NCBI GenBank assembly: GCA_900088475.1
Contig: FLMG01003894.1
Coordinates: 1-64,000, forward strand
DNA from: Hyphochytrium catenoides
Lineage: Eukaryota; Protista; Hyphochytriomycota
Direction: 5' to 3'
Length of the DNA stretch: 64,000 nt
Both the position numbers and the translations under genes were made by a program. The notes beneath the pieces were generated by a model. That model had not been told where the DNA came from. It worked only from the letters and a program-made list of their open reading frames with translations, and did not search any database. Shown one piece after another: positions 62,701 to 64,000 of this stretch. Positions within the stretch are counted from its first letter, which is position 1. Each line of letters starts with the position of its first letter.

Positions 62701-64000
62701 CGAGCCTGGATCGCCTAAAGATAGTGAAGAGGTGAGATTACAGTTAGTGTGCGGCGAGGGGAAATCTCTATCCCTTTCCTCGTCCATGCAAGACATCAGG
62801 AACTAGACTCCCACGCTTAGCTGAATATCTCTTTTAGAAGAAAGGACGCCATCAAGAGTCCCATATGTAGAAAAGAAGCATACCCCATAAGGGATGTGAC
62901 GGTTAATAACCTGATAACACCTTACCGCCAAACATGAACGAAGAAGACAACAAAGGATTCTACTGTTGTATGTAAGGCTGGTGATGAGGGGTTCGAGGAG
63001 ATTGTCTAGATTGACACCGGCGCCGCCTTAATAAGTGGTTCGTGGAGTTATTTTACTGCGAGTCCGAAGGGGGAATCTCACTTTCAGCCCGCGCAGAACG
63101 ATCCGCCTCTCTATTTTTTTCTATTTTTCGTGTTGGTGTGAGTCTATCTTGTCTTCAGGTTTTTACTCCCATCTTCTCATTAACACGAGATGATTGATAG
63201 GCTACTACTAGAACAAGAAGAAGTAAAAGAAGCAAAAAGAAGTAGGAGAAAGAGGAGAAGAGGAGAAAGAAGAAGAAGAAGAAGAAGAAGAGACAAAAAA
63301 GAGGTAAAACGCCTTGGTCTCGTCCTCAGCTCGATCTCATCCACGCTCATCATCAGTAAAGGAAGAATCATAGTCGAGCTCCTCAGTAGTAATGCTTTTT
63401 ATTGATGGCTGTATGGGTGGTGAGGCTTTGTCAGCTTCCGCTCTCAACACCTCCCCGGAGGTCCAGCCTCCTCAAGTGTCCTTCGGCCTCTGCGTTGTTC
63501 TCCCCGGAAGGTAGACTTTGTCTTACGCAAGTAGAGGGGACAATCCCGAGTTCTGGAAGCAGTTCTCGGAACTGAGGGGCAGGTAACGCCTTTCTTGTCC
63601 CGGTTTGTCCAGTCATAGCACTGGACAAAGTCTTCACTTACGATGCTTTCGGACGTCTGCCTCTTGGAGGGTCGTGTGCTGATCTTCCTCCTTCTTGGGC
63701 CTGTTGCTCTCTCAGAAGGACTGGGAGGAGGAGGAGGAGAATCACTTGTTTGTAGAGCCGTCTACCTCCTCAGTAGTAGCTCATACTGTTGGAGCCTGGG
63801 TGGTGCTTAGTGGTGTGTGGAACGTCCACTTGCCTAGGTCTTTGATCTCTCCTGCGACTTCATCCATCCACATGGCGCGGTAAAGGTTAGGGCCGGTGTT
63901 GTCCTCAATAATAGGAAGAGGAGGACTTCCTCCCCAAAGAAGGTGGTGGTGACGGCGTTGGGCATGGTTGAATTGTTCGCTCCTTATTAAAAAATGTTAG

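Noticed and set aside
1-64000. Alternative genetic code, CRISPR arrays, tRNA/rRNA genes or prokaryotic operons
   Set aside because: In-frame stops in host genes are explained by introns; no repeat-spacer array or structural RNA was recognised.

Overview
Compact, intron-rich eukaryotic nuclear DNA; protist-like and possibly a stramenopile (inference only). Introns are short GT-AG with CTRAC/CTRAT-like branch points and GA/CT microsatellites. Hand-splicing gives about 17 host genes: ankyrin protein, EMC5, mitochondrial PPR-like protein, SRR1, RPA12, VAC14, CKK-domain protein, CLU1, ATP23, PFDN4, METTL13/EEF1AKMT4-like methyltransferase, V-ATPase B, a divergent F1-alpha paralogue, MRPL17, RFC2, a DegT-family aminotransferase, a type-I membrane protein and an LRR protein. 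A decayed Ty3/gypsy element lies at the left end and a rearranged Ty1/copia element at about 53-57 kb. Main findings: (1) a U12-type AT-AC intron in VAC14 (14389-14620), implying a minor spliceosome, with an in-frame U2-type bypass acceptor inside it; (2) a full-length, mitochondria-targeted, strongly diverged nuclear F1-ATPase alpha paralogue; (3) a bacterial-type DegT PLP enzyme ending in a PTS1-like -ARL; (4) an apparently inactive viral-tegument-like deubiquitinase fold fused to a CKK domain. All gene models were spliced by eye; no database search was run.
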